This document shows positions 13,813 to 26,029 of a stretch of DNA of 64,000 bases, in pieces. Under the pieces are notes generated by a model. That model saw only the letters and a list, made by a program, of their open reading frames with translations, did no database searches and was not told the origin of the DNA. A program made the translations under genes and the position numbers. Position 1 is the first letter of the stretch, and each line of letters starts with the position of its first letter. Origin of the DNA: Octopus sinensis (taxonomy: Eukaryota); contig NC_043001.1 in the NCBI RefSeq assembly GCF_006345805.1, positions 113,646,001 to 113,710,000 of the forward strand, read 5' to 3'.

Positions 13813-13880
13813 TTATAATTATAATAATAGCAACAACGACGACGACAACAACATCAACAACAATAATAATAATAATAATG

Positions 13881-13944
<64 letters not shown>

Positions 13945-13979
13945 TAATAATGATAATGATAATAATAATAATAAGGATA

Positions 13980-14018
<39 letters not shown>

Positions 14019-14129
14019 GCAACAATGACGACGACGACAACATCAACAACAACAAAAATAATATAATAATAATAATAATAATGATAATAATAATAATAAT
14101 AATGATAATAATAATAATAATAATAAAAT

Positions 14130-14186
<57 letters not shown>

Positions 14187-14205
14187 AATAATAATAATAG
14201 TGATG
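13610..14205. repeat. (AAT)n compound microsatellite with internal higher-order duplication
   Basis: The interruption block AGCAACAA(C/T)GACGACGAC..AACATCAACAACAA occurs at about 13829 and about 14018. Confidence 0.95.
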
Positions 14206-14704
14206 AATTAAACCAATCAATATAAATAACGTATGAGATTTTATATCGTGTCTCATCTCTCTAATTGCAACTTAATTGTTCTCATTAAAATTAATGCGAA
14301 TGTCAGTGTATTTAAGTATTTTACATAGATGGAGGATGTAGTTTACGAATTTTACTTATGCAGAAAAATGCAGATGTAAAAGTTTATTAAGTTACTTTAT
14401 TATAATTAGCTGTTTTAGATTTTATATTTATTTTATATTTTCAAATATAAGTGACTCGACTCTATGAGACGGGAACACTAAAATATATTTTAATTACAGA
14501 AGTGAAATTAGAAAATGGATAATATGTTTAACCCTTGGCCAGCTGTTATTGAACAAACCGATTATCAATGACGTTCTATCCATGATCATCACTCTGTTTT
14601 GTTGTATAACGGCGATTATATAAAGTCATGTATATTTCGCAAGTGTTTTTCTTCTTATAAAATGGTAGGAGTAATAAATGAATATGATATATAAATATAA
14701 TTTA

Positions 14705-14940
14705 TCTTTCACTTGTGTTAGTCATTGACTCTGGCCATACTGGTGCACCGCTTTGAAGACATTAGTGAAGCTTATACACTCCAGTACTTATATTTTAAGT
14801 CTGGTACGTATTAAATGTGGTCATTTCGCCGAACCACTACGTTACTGGGACCTAAACAAAACAATAGCAGTTGTCAAGCTATGAGGAGAGGTAAACAAAG
14901 CTCAAACACAAAGACACATGTACACTCACGCATGCACACA
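14705..14940 (-). mobile_element. Old diverged SINE A 3' half
   Basis: Degenerate match to the SINE A reverse complement (..GGCCATACTGGTGCACCGC..GCCGAACCACTA..GTTGTCAAGC). Confidence 0.7.
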
Positions 14941-15175
14941 TATAATACAACCCTGAAAATTTAGAAAATTGTAGAATTTCCAATGCAGTACAGACACTAA
15001 GCTTTTGATGCACGTCTGATGAAGTGCCGCTCAAATATTACGTAACTTTTCTTCACATGGAACTCATGCGGGCAAGGGTGTTAAAAAAGAGTGCTACAGA
15101 AACAATTGTAAGTGGTCATTCAAGGCGTACTAAACTCGTTCTTTGTCTTCTTATTTGGATTTTACACAAAGGCAC

Positions 15176-16157
15176 ACACATACATGTATGCATACATACA
15201 TACATGCATACATACATGCATACATACATACACACATACATACATACATACATACATGCATACATACATGCATACATACATACATACATACATACATACA
15301 TACATACATACATACATGCATACATACATTCATACATGCATACATACATACATACATACATACATACATTCATACATGCATACATACATACATACATTCA
15401 TACATACATTCATACATACATACATACAGACATTCATACATGCATACATACATACATACATACATTCATACATGCATACATACATAACATACATACACAT
15501 ACATTCATACATACATACATACATACATAACATCATACTGCATACATAAATACATACATACATTCATACATGCATAATACATACATAACATTACATACAT
15601 ACAACATACATACATTACATACATAACATACATACATACAGCATTCATACATACATACATACATACATTCATACATGCATACATACATACATTCATACAT
15701 GCATACATACATACATACATTCATACATGCATACAAACATACATACATTCATACATGCATACATACTACATACATACTACATACATACATGCATTACATA
15801 CATACATACATACATACTACATACATGCATACATACAACATACATTCATACATACATACATACATACATACATACATACATACATACATACTAATACATA
15901 CATACATACATTCATACATGCATACATACATACATACTACATTCATACATGCATAATACATACATACATACATACATACATGCTACATACATACATACAT
16001 ACAGACATACATGCATACATACATACATACGTACGACAACATACATACATACATACATACATTCATACATGCATACATACATACATACATACATACATTC
16101 ATACATGCATACATACATACATACATACATACATACATGCATACATACATACATACG

Positions 16158-16191
<34 letters not shown>

Positions 16192-16409
16192 CATGCATAC
16201 ATACATACATACATACATACATACATACATACATACATTCATACATGCATACATACATACGTACGTACATACATTCATACATGCATACATACATACATAC
16301 ATACATACATACATACATACATTCATACATACATAAATACATACATACATGCATACATACATACACACATACATACATACATACATACATACATACATTC
16401 ATACATGCA

Positions 16410-16443
<34 letters not shown>

Positions 16444-16679
16444 CATGCATACATGCATACACACATACATTCATACATACATACATACATACATGCATAC
16501 ATGCATACATACATACATACATACATGCATACATGCATACATGCATACATGCATACATACATGCATACATGCATACATGCATACATACATACATACATAC
16601 ATACATGCATACATGCATACATGCATACATACATACATGCATACATACATACATACATACATACATACATACATACATA
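15176..16679. repeat. About 1.5 kb (TACA)n array with TGCA/TTCA variant units
   Basis: Seen directly; source of the many overlapping HTYI/MYVC ORFs. Confidence 0.97.
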
Positions 16680-17560
16680 AGGTGCAGCCGTAAATGTAGA
16701 TTATGTCGTATTTCAGTGGAAAGCATCGCACATCAGCAGCTTTCCAAAAATGTCACCAAGGTACTACCTTCTTACGTGCAAAAACAATACGCAAAGCAAT
16801 TTGGAAGAAAGACTGTACTGGAATAACCATACAGAACCCCCACCCCTGTTATTGAATACGTATATAAATACCAGCAAAAGGTATACTGGTGGGACATTCC
16901 TAATAAAACATCTGTCAAGTGTAAGCATTACACTTATTAAACTTATTGGGACACAATAAAATTATGTACCGTCATAGAGGTCAGCTGTCCTGATGATCTG
17001 AGTACTACTACTACTACTATGGCAATCCCTCAAGGTCGAGGATGATGGTCTTCGCGCAAATTTACTGGCGAGTCCGTAGGTGACCTATAAGACCAATTCT
17101 TGCTTGAAAAGATCGGTCGCAGTGCGGACATCTAGTGCCGGAAGGGAGAGACGCACGTGTTTGTTGTTGGCGCTCCTTCCGTCGTCGTCTTTTCTCCCCC
17201 AGCTCTGCAGACCTTTTCGACTCGAAATTCGCCGTTCCCTCATGGATGGTGGTTTTTCAGAGTGGTCTGTTTTTTGCCGTTTCCTCCCAGTTGGTGAAGT
17301 CAATGTCACACTTTTTGAGGTTCGATTTCAGGGAGTCCTTGTAGCGTTTCTTCTGGCCTCCTTTTGTACGCAAGCTCAAAGATGATGTGAGTATCTCTAT
17401 CAAAATCAAAGAGAAAGAAGATAATTATGGACAACTGCTTCGAAACCTTCAGCTTCTATATCCGGATTACAAATTTACATTCATATTAATAATAATTGAA
17501 GCAATTGGTTTTGTAAGTAAACTATTTACGCATTTTCTGAACATAATACAATTTAAAATC
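16680..17560 (+). pseudogene. R4/Dong-like non-LTR relic (zinc knuckle + RLE), split by an RTE insertion
   Basis: KCRLCRISVESIAH, YWWDI, then LCTVIEVSCPDD|VSISIKIKEKEDNYGQLLRNLQLLYPDYKFTFILIIIEAIG. The reading joins across the 17005-17380 insertion. Confidence 0.8.
17005..17380 (-). mobile_element. 5'-truncated RTE/BovB-type LINE 3' end with TSD
   Basis: Minus strand: GGQKKRYKDSLKSNLKKCDIDFTNWEETAKNR.., C-terminal CPHCDRSFQARIGLIGHLRT, short UTR and (TAG)n tail. TSD GATGAT(C/G)TGAGTA at 16992-17004 and 17381-17393. Confidence 0.88.
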
Positions 17561-17640
17561 TATCATATACACCCTAACTTCAGAAATGTAGCGAGTTAGA
17601 AAATCTCTATAAACGATGTAAGTTGTGACTATACTAAGAA

Positions 17641-17872
17641 CGGCGGCGAGCTAGCAGCAACGTTAGCACGCCGGGCGAAATGCGTAGCCGTATTTCGTCT
17701 GCCGTTATGTTCTGAGTTCAAATTTCGCCGAGGTCGACTTTGCCTTTCATCCTTTCGGGGTCGATAAATTAAGTACCAGTTACGCACTGGGGTCGATGTA
17801 ATCGACTTCATCCGTTTATCTGTCCTTGTTTGTCCCCTCTGTATTTAGCCTCTTGTGGGTAGTATAGAAATA
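17641..17872 (+). mobile_element. SINE family B, full length, 11-bp TSD
   Basis: TSD TATACTAAGAA at 17630-17640 and 17873-17883. Confidence 0.92.
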
Positions 17873-18130
17873 TATACTAAGAAGTAATGTTTAATACTGT
17901 TCGACGTTACTACCGTTTTAACCCCAGGAAGTGCCTCCTCCAGCTGGTTATCTAGGTAATCTGCACCGGGTGTATATTACAAATAAGGGAGCGATCCCCT
18001 ACTGACTTCTGGCAGACGACGGGATCACTAGACCGAACGGTTTCGTGCTATTTGTGCCCATCATCAGAAAACCATGTGACAATCAGTCAGTTATCTTGCC
18101 ACGGTAGTAACGTAAAACAGCCATATTGAT

Positions 18131-18549
18131 ACTCTCACTCTTTTTTACTCTTTTACTTGTTTCGGTCATTTGACTGCGGCCATGCTGGAGCACCGCCTTT
18201 AATCGAGCAACTCGACCCCGGGACTTATTCTTTTGTAAGCCCAGTACTTATTCTATCGGACTCTTTTGCCGAACCGCTAAGTAACGGGGACATAAACACA
18301 CCAACATCGGTTGTCAAGCAATGCTAGGGGGACAAACACAGACAAACAAACACACACACGCATATATATATATATGCATATATACGACGGGCTTCTTTCA
18401 GTTTCCGTCTACCAAATCCACTCACAAGGCTTTGGTCGGCCCGTGGCTATAGCAGAAGACACTTGCCCAAGGTGCCACGCAGTGGGACTGAACCAGGAAC
18501 CATGTGGTTCGTAAACAAGCTACTTACCACACAGCCACTCCTGCACCTA
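18131..18549 (-). mobile_element. SINE family A, full length
   Basis: Family match. Confidence 0.92.
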
Positions 18550-18722
18550 CAGGATGTGGCGATAAACATTATTTTTCCGTATAGTTATTACTTTTATCTC
18601 TTATAGAAATTTTCTAACCTACCTACTTTACTTGTTGCTAGATCAGTGACAGATTGTCGCATGGTTTTTTTTCATATATTGCCAATTAAAGCGAGTTCCT
18701 GTTATGTTTAGCGGCCGGGTGT

Positions 18723-18771
18723 TCACCACTGACGATGGGAACAAATAGCCCGAAACCGTTCGGTCTAGTGA
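18723..18771 (+). ncRNA. Type I hammerhead ribozyme fold
   Basis: TCACCA-CTGACGA-T-GGG(aacaaatag)CCC-GAA-ACCG(tt)CGGT-C-TAGTGA: complete CUGANGA/GAAA/GUC core with three stems; one mismatch in stem I. Confidence 0.75.
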
Positions 18772-18950
18772 TCCCGTCGTCTGCTAGAAGATGGTAGGGG
18801 TTCGCTTCCCTGTTTGCAGCATACACCGGGTGCAGGTTGCATCGATAACGAGTTGGATGAGGCTTTGTCTGGGGTTAAAAACGGTAGTAACGTCGAACAG
18901 CCCTATTGGTCCGACAATAAATAGTACTTTGCTGTAAAACAATAAATATA

Positions 18951-19158
18951 ATTACGGAGATGTACTTGCATAGCAAGTGACCTAATCTGAGATCGTGTGC
19001 TGGAACGAGAACAATTGCAGCGTGGAAGGTGTTTATAAGCCATTTAAGAAACATACAAAAAACTGTTAGATTCACTTCAACATTTAAATTTAATTTGTTA
19101 AAATATTTTCGTCGCTTTGAGACTGCGACCTGTTCATTGACAAAATTCCGTGCTGCAT
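18951..19158 (-). mobile_element. Penelope-type terminal repeat fragment (same family as 29490-29835)
   Basis: Reverse complement of 29641-29835; hammerhead-like fold at about 19093-19144. Confidence 0.75.
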
Positions 19159-21212
19159 GAATTTTTTATCTTGTAGCTAAAGGGGAAATTGTAGGTATGA
19201 CCCCTTACAAGGCCTCCGATATTAGTGAAAGGAAAGCATTTTTAAACCGAAGACCTGGCCCAAAGCTTGCAACAGAGTGGCTATGGTAGAACTGAACTCA
19301 GAATGCAAAGATCTGCTGGAAATACTCCAAGGTACTCCTGCCGATATTCTTATATATTGTTGAATCTATCGACACGAACTGATACTTTAAAATCACTCCA
19401 GAAATGATAAAAGGTAAGATTGATCTCGGGGGGTGATTTGGCTTTAGAGAGCAGATTGTCAGAAGAAATACTGCGAGGTAATCCTGCGTTCTGACGACTT
19501 TGCTCACAAAATATAAACTGAAGAAAAGAAAAAACAACAAATAATCAAAAACAAAAAAACCGAAAAATCTCAATTCTGATATATCACAAAATATCCTTCC
19601 CACAACGGATTACAGATATCAGTTTGAGTTATAAATCGATAATGAAAATTCATATGTAAAATTTTAGAAACGTCAAGTATCATTTTTGGAAAATAATTAC
19701 ATTCATTTGTTATGCGTATAAGAAACATATTGATTTTATTTATAACTGTTTTATAATGCCCTCTACTTCTTTTAGGAACTATTAACATATTGGTTGAAAA
19801 ATAAAGCGTAAGAATGTGTAAAAATATATTTCTTTAATTTGAAATTGAGAAAAATAATTATAAAAACATGTTTCATCATGGTATTGAACCCGAACCCACA
19901 TGATTGTAAAATGAGTTGCTTATCTGCACAGCCACTGTCGAAGTTACGCTTCTTCATTTATAAATATATTTCATGTATACTTGAAGATAATAAATAAAAA
20001 ATTAATGTATATTGAAAAATATTCAAAATACCTTTTATTTCAGATTGTGAATCGCTGACATACAGAAAAAAAAAAAAAGAAAGTCAGTGACCATTTTTAA
20101 AGCAAGGCACCACAAAAAGAAAAAGTGTAGATAGAAAGGAGTTATTTAAAAATTTTAAAAAATTACTACAACACTCACATAAGGACCTAAATTAAACAAG
20201 GACATGAAATCCATGTGATTATGTGATGTTCATGCCATTCGAAAACTGTCAGCTGCTGCTGCTTAGTGCTAGGTCAGATCTTGTTTGAACAGATTCACGA
20301 TGAATTTGTTCAAATCGTGATCATTTTATATCTATATATTAAGGAGTATATTTAGGATGACATAAGGTAAATTTTAGACAAACTAAGCTGCTATTTCGAC
20401 CGGATCAAACGACAGAACAGTAGCTGATGCAAATGAAAGGAGACGGTTTCACCCAAGATTCAGCACCAAGTAGCAGAGCCAACAATAGTGTTTCTGTGTT
20501 CGTACAATAATCTAGAATTGGAAGTTAAATCTTCATATTGCATTCTTTTATCTTTGCAAAATATGTGTTGAATAATGTGTTTCTGAGTTCCTTGCACATA
20601 AGAAAAATGTAGGATGGTCACGACTGGAATGGCCTTGATCATATGTTTGTTCGATCATGACGAACGTGTGGCTAACTAATAACAGCAGCAACAAATTCCA
20701 AAATGTGATGTCTGCTAGATAGTATTTACTTGGTAGGCTTAACTGTGTTATCCACGTGATGCAGCAGGAATTTGCATTTACTTGGCTAAGAGATAACCAG
20801 CTCTCTCTGTAATGTGAGAACCAGCATGGTTGACTCTCCTGGTTTATTACAACCAATCATATTTCATTAGGCTTGCTACGTGATTTGAATAGCTAAATCG
20901 AATCCGGTATCGTTTGCTTCGCTGTCAGCTGATTAACGGATACCAATAGGATAGGATATATATTTCTATCAATCGAAGACTGATCCACTTTCACCAAAGG
21001 CTGCGAAAACTGAAACAAATAATATAAATAAACAAATAAATAAAAATTGAGAAAAAGAGAGGAATGAAATGTTTTGATCGAAAGCTTAAGGAAAGAGAAA
21101 ACAGAAAGAATTTAATAAAATAATCAAAAATAAAATGTAATTAAAAAGAAAATTGGAAAGAAAGGCAGAAAAAGAAGCAAAACAAAAATGAAGAACTGAA
21201 AGACTAAGAGGA

Positions 21213-21219
<7 letters not shown>

Positions 21220-21276
<57 letters not shown>

Positions 21277-21360
21277 TGAAGAGAGAGAGAGGGAAGGAGG
21301 AGAGAGGGAGAGAGAGGGAGAGAGAGAGAGAGAGATGAAGAGAGAGATGAAGAGAGAGAA
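21220..21360. repeat. (GA)n microsatellite
   Basis: Seen directly. Confidence 0.95.
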
Positions 21361-21496
21361 CTATAACAAAATAAATAACAGCATGGAAACTGAATGAATG
21401 ACCGAATGAAAAAGGGAAAGAAAAAAATGAATAGATTTCTGAAAAAAAAAAATGAAATAAAATAAAAAAAATTTAAAGCGTAACTAGCCGAAAAGC

Positions 21497-21556
21497 TGAG
21501 AGTTCGTACTTTGAGAATTCGTATTGTGAGAATTCGTACTGCGAGCGTTCGTACTA
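21497..21556 (+). repeat. 4 x 15-bp tandem minisatellite (TGAGAATTCGTACTG)
   Basis: Units tgagagttcgtactt / tgagaattcgtattg / tgagaattcgtactg / cgagcgttcgtacta. Confidence 0.85.
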
Positions 21557-21734
21557 CGTTGTGTCTCAAAGCCATGACTTTTACCTCCCAAATAGTTTAG
21601 ACCACTTAACTACAAATGGAGACCACACAACAGTAGTAACAATACAGTCTACCTTGATGCTAACCTTAATTGAGAAGGTCCCTGAGCAAACGCGTTCCAG
21701 CTATGACTGTCTTGCACGTTATCTGTCTATCAGT

Positions 21735-22115
21735 GGAGGCGCAATGGCCCAGTGGTTAGGGCAGCGGACTCGCGGTCATAGGATCGAGGTTTCGATTCCC
21801 AGACCGGGTGTTGTGAGTGTTTATTGAGCGAAAACACCTAAAGCTCCACGAGGCTCCGGCAGGGGATGGTGGTCATCCCTGCTGTACTCTTTCACCACAC
21901 TTTCTCTCACTCTTACTTCCTGTTTCTGTTGTTACCTGTATTCAAGGGCCGGCCTTGTCACTCTCTGTAGTCACGCTGAATATCCCCGAGAACTACGTTA
22001 AGGGTACACGTCTCTTGGAGTGCTCAGACACGTACACGTTATAATTCACGAGCAGGCTGTTCGTTGATTCGGATCAACCGGAACCCTCGTCGTCGTAACC
22101 GACGGAGTGCTTCCA
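21735..22115 (+). mobile_element. SINE family C, full length
   Basis: tRNA-like head GGAGGCGCAATGGCCCAGTGGTTAGGGCAGCGGACTCGCGGTC..GGTTTCGATTCCC; end GTAACCGACGGAGTGCTTCCA. A 3'-end stub lies on the minus strand at about 22338-22362. Confidence 0.92.
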
Positions 22116-22424
22116 CATACTGCCTAACATTCCCTTCCTTATTTAAGACAGCAGGGATGAATTTTACGCAGGTTTGGCTGCTACTTCAGCATGTTCGGTG
22201 ATTACTTACGTCTCCCTTGTTCTCTCCTGACTGTACTATGAAATTAGGGCGGGTTTAGTATCCAGAGCAGAGTTCTACCCATCCTCTTTGCCTGGAGAAA
22301 ACAATGTGTATAACCTTTCCAGAATAACACTCCATAGATGGATGGAAGCACTCCGTCGGTTAGAATCTCTATATGGAGACTGCTTCCCAAGCAGGGTATT
22401 GTAGCCATCAGGGTTACGGGAGTT

Positions 22425-22615
22425 GTTGATGTTATTTAACCCAAGGTCAGCCATGATCGAGTAGCCCGCTATTCAAAGATATTATAGTAGTTGGTATCCC
22501 ATGTTTTCTCAGCTGTACACGTAACCCAAGAACACAATGACTTACGTGTCATTGATTTTTAAGAAGTTAGTAAACTGTTTGATGGAGATTTGGCTGTTAT
22601 TTCTAGCAGATCTAG
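22425..22615 (+). mobile_element. Ancient dispersed repeat (unclassified)
   Basis: Motifs TTTAACCC.AGGTCAGC..TGATCGAG and GATTTGGCTG.TATTTCTAGCA recur degenerately at about 7130, 9250(-), 14525, 20260, 22170, 28100 and 48660(-). Confidence 0.5.
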
Positions 22616-22671
22616 AGCCGAAGTAGAGTCACCGTCATTGGAACAGCGTTATGGGTGTTTTGTATAAGACA

Positions 22672-23083
22672 CGAAGAAGAAGAAGAAGAAGAAGAAGAAG
22701 AAGAAGAAGAAGAAGAAGAAGAAGAAGAAGAAGAAGAAGAAGAAGAAGGGAAATAGGAGGAGGATGAAAAAAGGGAGAAGAGGAGGAGGAGAAAGAGAAG
22801 GAGCTGAAGAAGAGGGAGGGGAGAAGTAGAAGAGAGAGGAGAAGGTGGGAAGGAGAAGAGGGAGAGGGAGGAGTGGAAGGAGAAGGAGAGGGGAGGAAAA
22901 GAAGGAGGAAGAGGAGAAGAAGCGGAAGGAAGAGGAGAAGGGGAGAAGAAGGAGTCCGAGGAGGAGGGAGGAGGCGAAGAAGAAGAGGGAAGAAGAAGAG
23001 AAGGGGAAGAAGGAGTCGGTAGGATAGAGGGGTTAGGAGGAGGAGGAGGAGGAGGAGGAGGAGACGAAGAAAAGAAGAAGAAG

Positions 23084-23115
<32 letters not shown>

Positions 23116-23155
23116 GAAGTAGAAGAAGAAGAGAAGAAGAAGAAGAAGAAGTGAA
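22672..23155. repeat. Polypurine (GAA)n/(GGA)n low-complexity tract
   Basis: Seen directly. Confidence 0.95.
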
Positions 23156-24457
23156 GGAATGACAAACAGAATAAAGAAATACATGTGAGTGAAAACTTAT
23201 GAATAGGTGAAGAAGAGAATAGAATAAAAATGTAAATGCAAGAAAGCAGAAATGGGAAAGTAGGGCTAAAAGTTGAAACAAATGGAGATTTGATATATAA
23301 AAAAAGAGACAGTTATCACTTAAGACAATATGTTTTAGTTTCACTTTCGTCTTATTGTAAGGAAAGTGAAAAGATATCTAGACATGTGAGTTGTCATTGG
23401 TCATAACCTGAAGAATGTACGAGAAGAGCACGGTAATGATCCAACTGGGGTTCGACATCATGTTAGAAACGGCCTTATAATTCGATATAGAGAGAGACAG
23501 AAGAGAACGAAGGAAAGAAATCATGAAGATATAAGAGAGAGAGAGATAGAGGAAGAGAGAAAGAGAGAGAGGAGGGGATGGGGGAGTTAGAGGAGAAAGA
23601 GATAGGGGTATGATAAATTAACCTGAGTATTGAATTGGTAGTATTTTTATCGATCCCGGTAAAGTTCCCCTTGGCGGAATTTTGAAATAAGAACTAGAAA
23701 GCTTTAATAAAGACTGCAAATCACTTTGTCCGATGTTCTGACGACTGAAGACAAAGTTAAAAAGGAAGAATGGATGAATTATGTATAATAGGATGAGTAA
23801 AAATAGGAAGAAGGGAAAATGTTAGTTAAATAAAAATAGTAAAGGAAAGAAACGAATGAAAAATATGGAATAACGAGGGAATAAGAAAAGTATGAAGCAT
23901 TATAAAAGACGCAAATCTTAGTGAAAAAGAAAAAAGAGCCAAATGAAGGAAAAAAGTAATAAACGAGTGAGGAAAGAAGAAAAAAAAAAAACAAGGAACA
24001 TCTGAGATGAAAAAATAGAGAAGCACAGTTTCAAGCGAAGGAATGAAAGACGGAAAAATTAAAATTTAGAATGAAAAAGAAATGACAAGTGATGTAAAAA
24101 TACAACAAAAAAGTTAAATAAACAGGCAAAAGAAGATAAAACAGAGCGAATGTAGTCAAATAAGAAAAACTGAAGTAAAGAAATTTTTTCATAAAAAAAC
24201 AAAAAAAAAACAGAGCGAAAATAAAGGGAGTTAATAAATATAAAAGATAGTTCACAAGATTTAGAGGTAGTGTGGGAATTCAAAACTTTAATTAACACGC
24301 AATTTAAAGACAGAAAAAAAAATAATATTAAGATCCTTTGAAAGGTGTAATGGTAATTAATTAAAATTAACATAGAATGTGTTTCAAGCCATGATATTTA
24401 GCTAAAGAAGCAACAATCTCATGCACCCATACAGTATATATATATATATATAATATA

Positions 24458-24499
<42 letters not shown>

Positions 24500-25721
24500 A
24501 TATATATATACGCACACACATACATACGCAAACACATACATACACACGTAAATACTTGTGCTCACAAAGACAAATATGTATATATGTATGTGTTGTGTGT
24601 GTGTGTGTGTGCTTACACATACAAAACATATGCACATCATACACACACTGAATAATTAATCGCACATATGAATAGGGAAACATACAGATAGAAGCACCGC
24701 TATACACATCGATCGCGCACACGTATACACAGGTTCATAGATTATATTATTTGTTGTAGTCTCTGTTATTGGAAAGTGTCTTGCAGCCGTATGCTGTTGA
24801 TTATATTCATATATATTTCTTTCTTTTTCTCTCTCTCTCTTTCTTTCTTTCTGTTTTTCTTTCTTTCTTTCTCTTTGTATCTAAGTGTGTTATATTACAT
24901 AACTACCATAAATACGTGTAGTAAATGCATTCAAAGCTTGAACGTTTGATATTGTTTTCCTTCTGACACGCACCCCAACATCCACCCACTCAACCATGCC
25001 TCCCCCACACGTGCGGATGTAAGTGTGGCCTATGTCTGCGTGCGTATATGTAAGTCTGTAGTTTTTCATATTTTCCCTCTGCTGCTAAAATTTATTATCA
25101 AACGAAACATTAGGCCCAGAGTAGAGAAACATTTTAGTTGATATTTTATTTAATAACTAATGGTATCTAATATGTTATTCAATTTATATTTAAACCTATA
25201 CACGCACATTATATTTAACTATACACTATTTAACTATACACACACATTCACAAATATATACGAACAAAGACACACATGCATGTGTATCCGTGCGTCCGCA
25301 TTGCAAGACTGTGTCACATATTTCTAAAAATAATTAATACTTTGTGTAGATTAATATCTATCCCGAAAATGAGAATGATCAATAAATACCATATACTTGT
25401 AGTTTCATCTTGTGAACCTTCAGTCTAAGTAAATATCACGTGAACTTCAAGGTATACTTATTAGAATCGGGTTCCATGATGAGTAAATACTGTGAGTGGT
25501 AGATGCAATAGAGGCATTTAGCTGTGCTTAGAGTCAAAGTGTTGAGGAGAGTACGCAAAACGAGGGCCCTTTGAACTTGTAAAGCTGACGTGAGTGGAAA
25601 GGATGGGGTTTATGGAGATATTCTTCATGAGTGTGTGTTTGAGTAAACATACCGACTTTTAATATAAGCGCACTCACTAAGTACATTATTTAACAGTTTT
25701 ATATTTGAGAGATGAGGAATT

Positions 25722-25877
25722 ATGTACATTATTTACATTATTTATATTTGACGGATATTTGTCCTCATTTAGTTTGTTGTTAAGACAATGTTTCGTCTGG
25801 AGAGTACGTCGGCCGAAACGTTGTGTTAACAACAAACAGGATGAGGACAAATATCCGTCAAATGTAAATAATGTACA
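25722..25877. repeat. Fold-back hairpin (arms of about 65 bp), Penelope-type inversion
   Basis: ..TTTGACGGATATTTGTCCTCAT..TTTGTTGTTAAGACAATGTTTCG pairs with CGAAACGTTGTGTTAACAACAAA..ATGAGGACAAATATCCGTCAAA.. Confidence 0.85.
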
Positions 25878-26029
25878 TTACTTAAACTCCCATTTCACCG
25901 CCGAATATTACTGAGAAGAAATCATTATCATCCGACATTCTCTTCATATCAACAAATCTTATTCCCAGTCCACCTTCAACGCCTCAACCACATCCAACTA
26001 CTAATTTCTTCTAATGTATCCATCATCAT

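Larger units (their letters stand above)
17897..18900. repeat. Diverged inverted repeat pair (arms about 17897-18099 and 18636-18900) of a hammerhead-containing element
   Basis: The reverse complement of 17897-18067 aligns to 18729-18900, and 18068-18090 aligns to 18645-18668. A SINE A lies in the spacer. Confidence 0.85.

Noticed and set aside
15012-15050. CTGATGA-A-GTG..TAC-GTAAC possible hammerhead
   Set aside because: GAAA is absent, stem I is unconvincing and there is no second copy.
15024-16826. Long ORFs (up to 271 aa) of HTYI/MYVC repeats, and similar ones window-wide
   Set aside because: Translation of stop-free (TACA)n, (TA)n or (CA)n microsatellites; no protein signal.
21497-21556. 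CRISPR-like periodicity
   Set aside because: Contiguous 15-mers with no unique spacers; eukaryotic context.
21735-21810. tRNA-like sequences at SINE heads
   Set aside because: They have A/B boxes but continue into SINE bodies and lack a proper acceptor stem; not tRNA genes.
22612-23184. Ser/Pro-rich and Glu/Lys-rich ORFs
   Set aside because: Polypurine GAA/GGA tract.
23402-23480. CTGAAGA...GAAACGGCC possible hammerhead
   Set aside because: No clear stem II, no NUH triplet, single copy.
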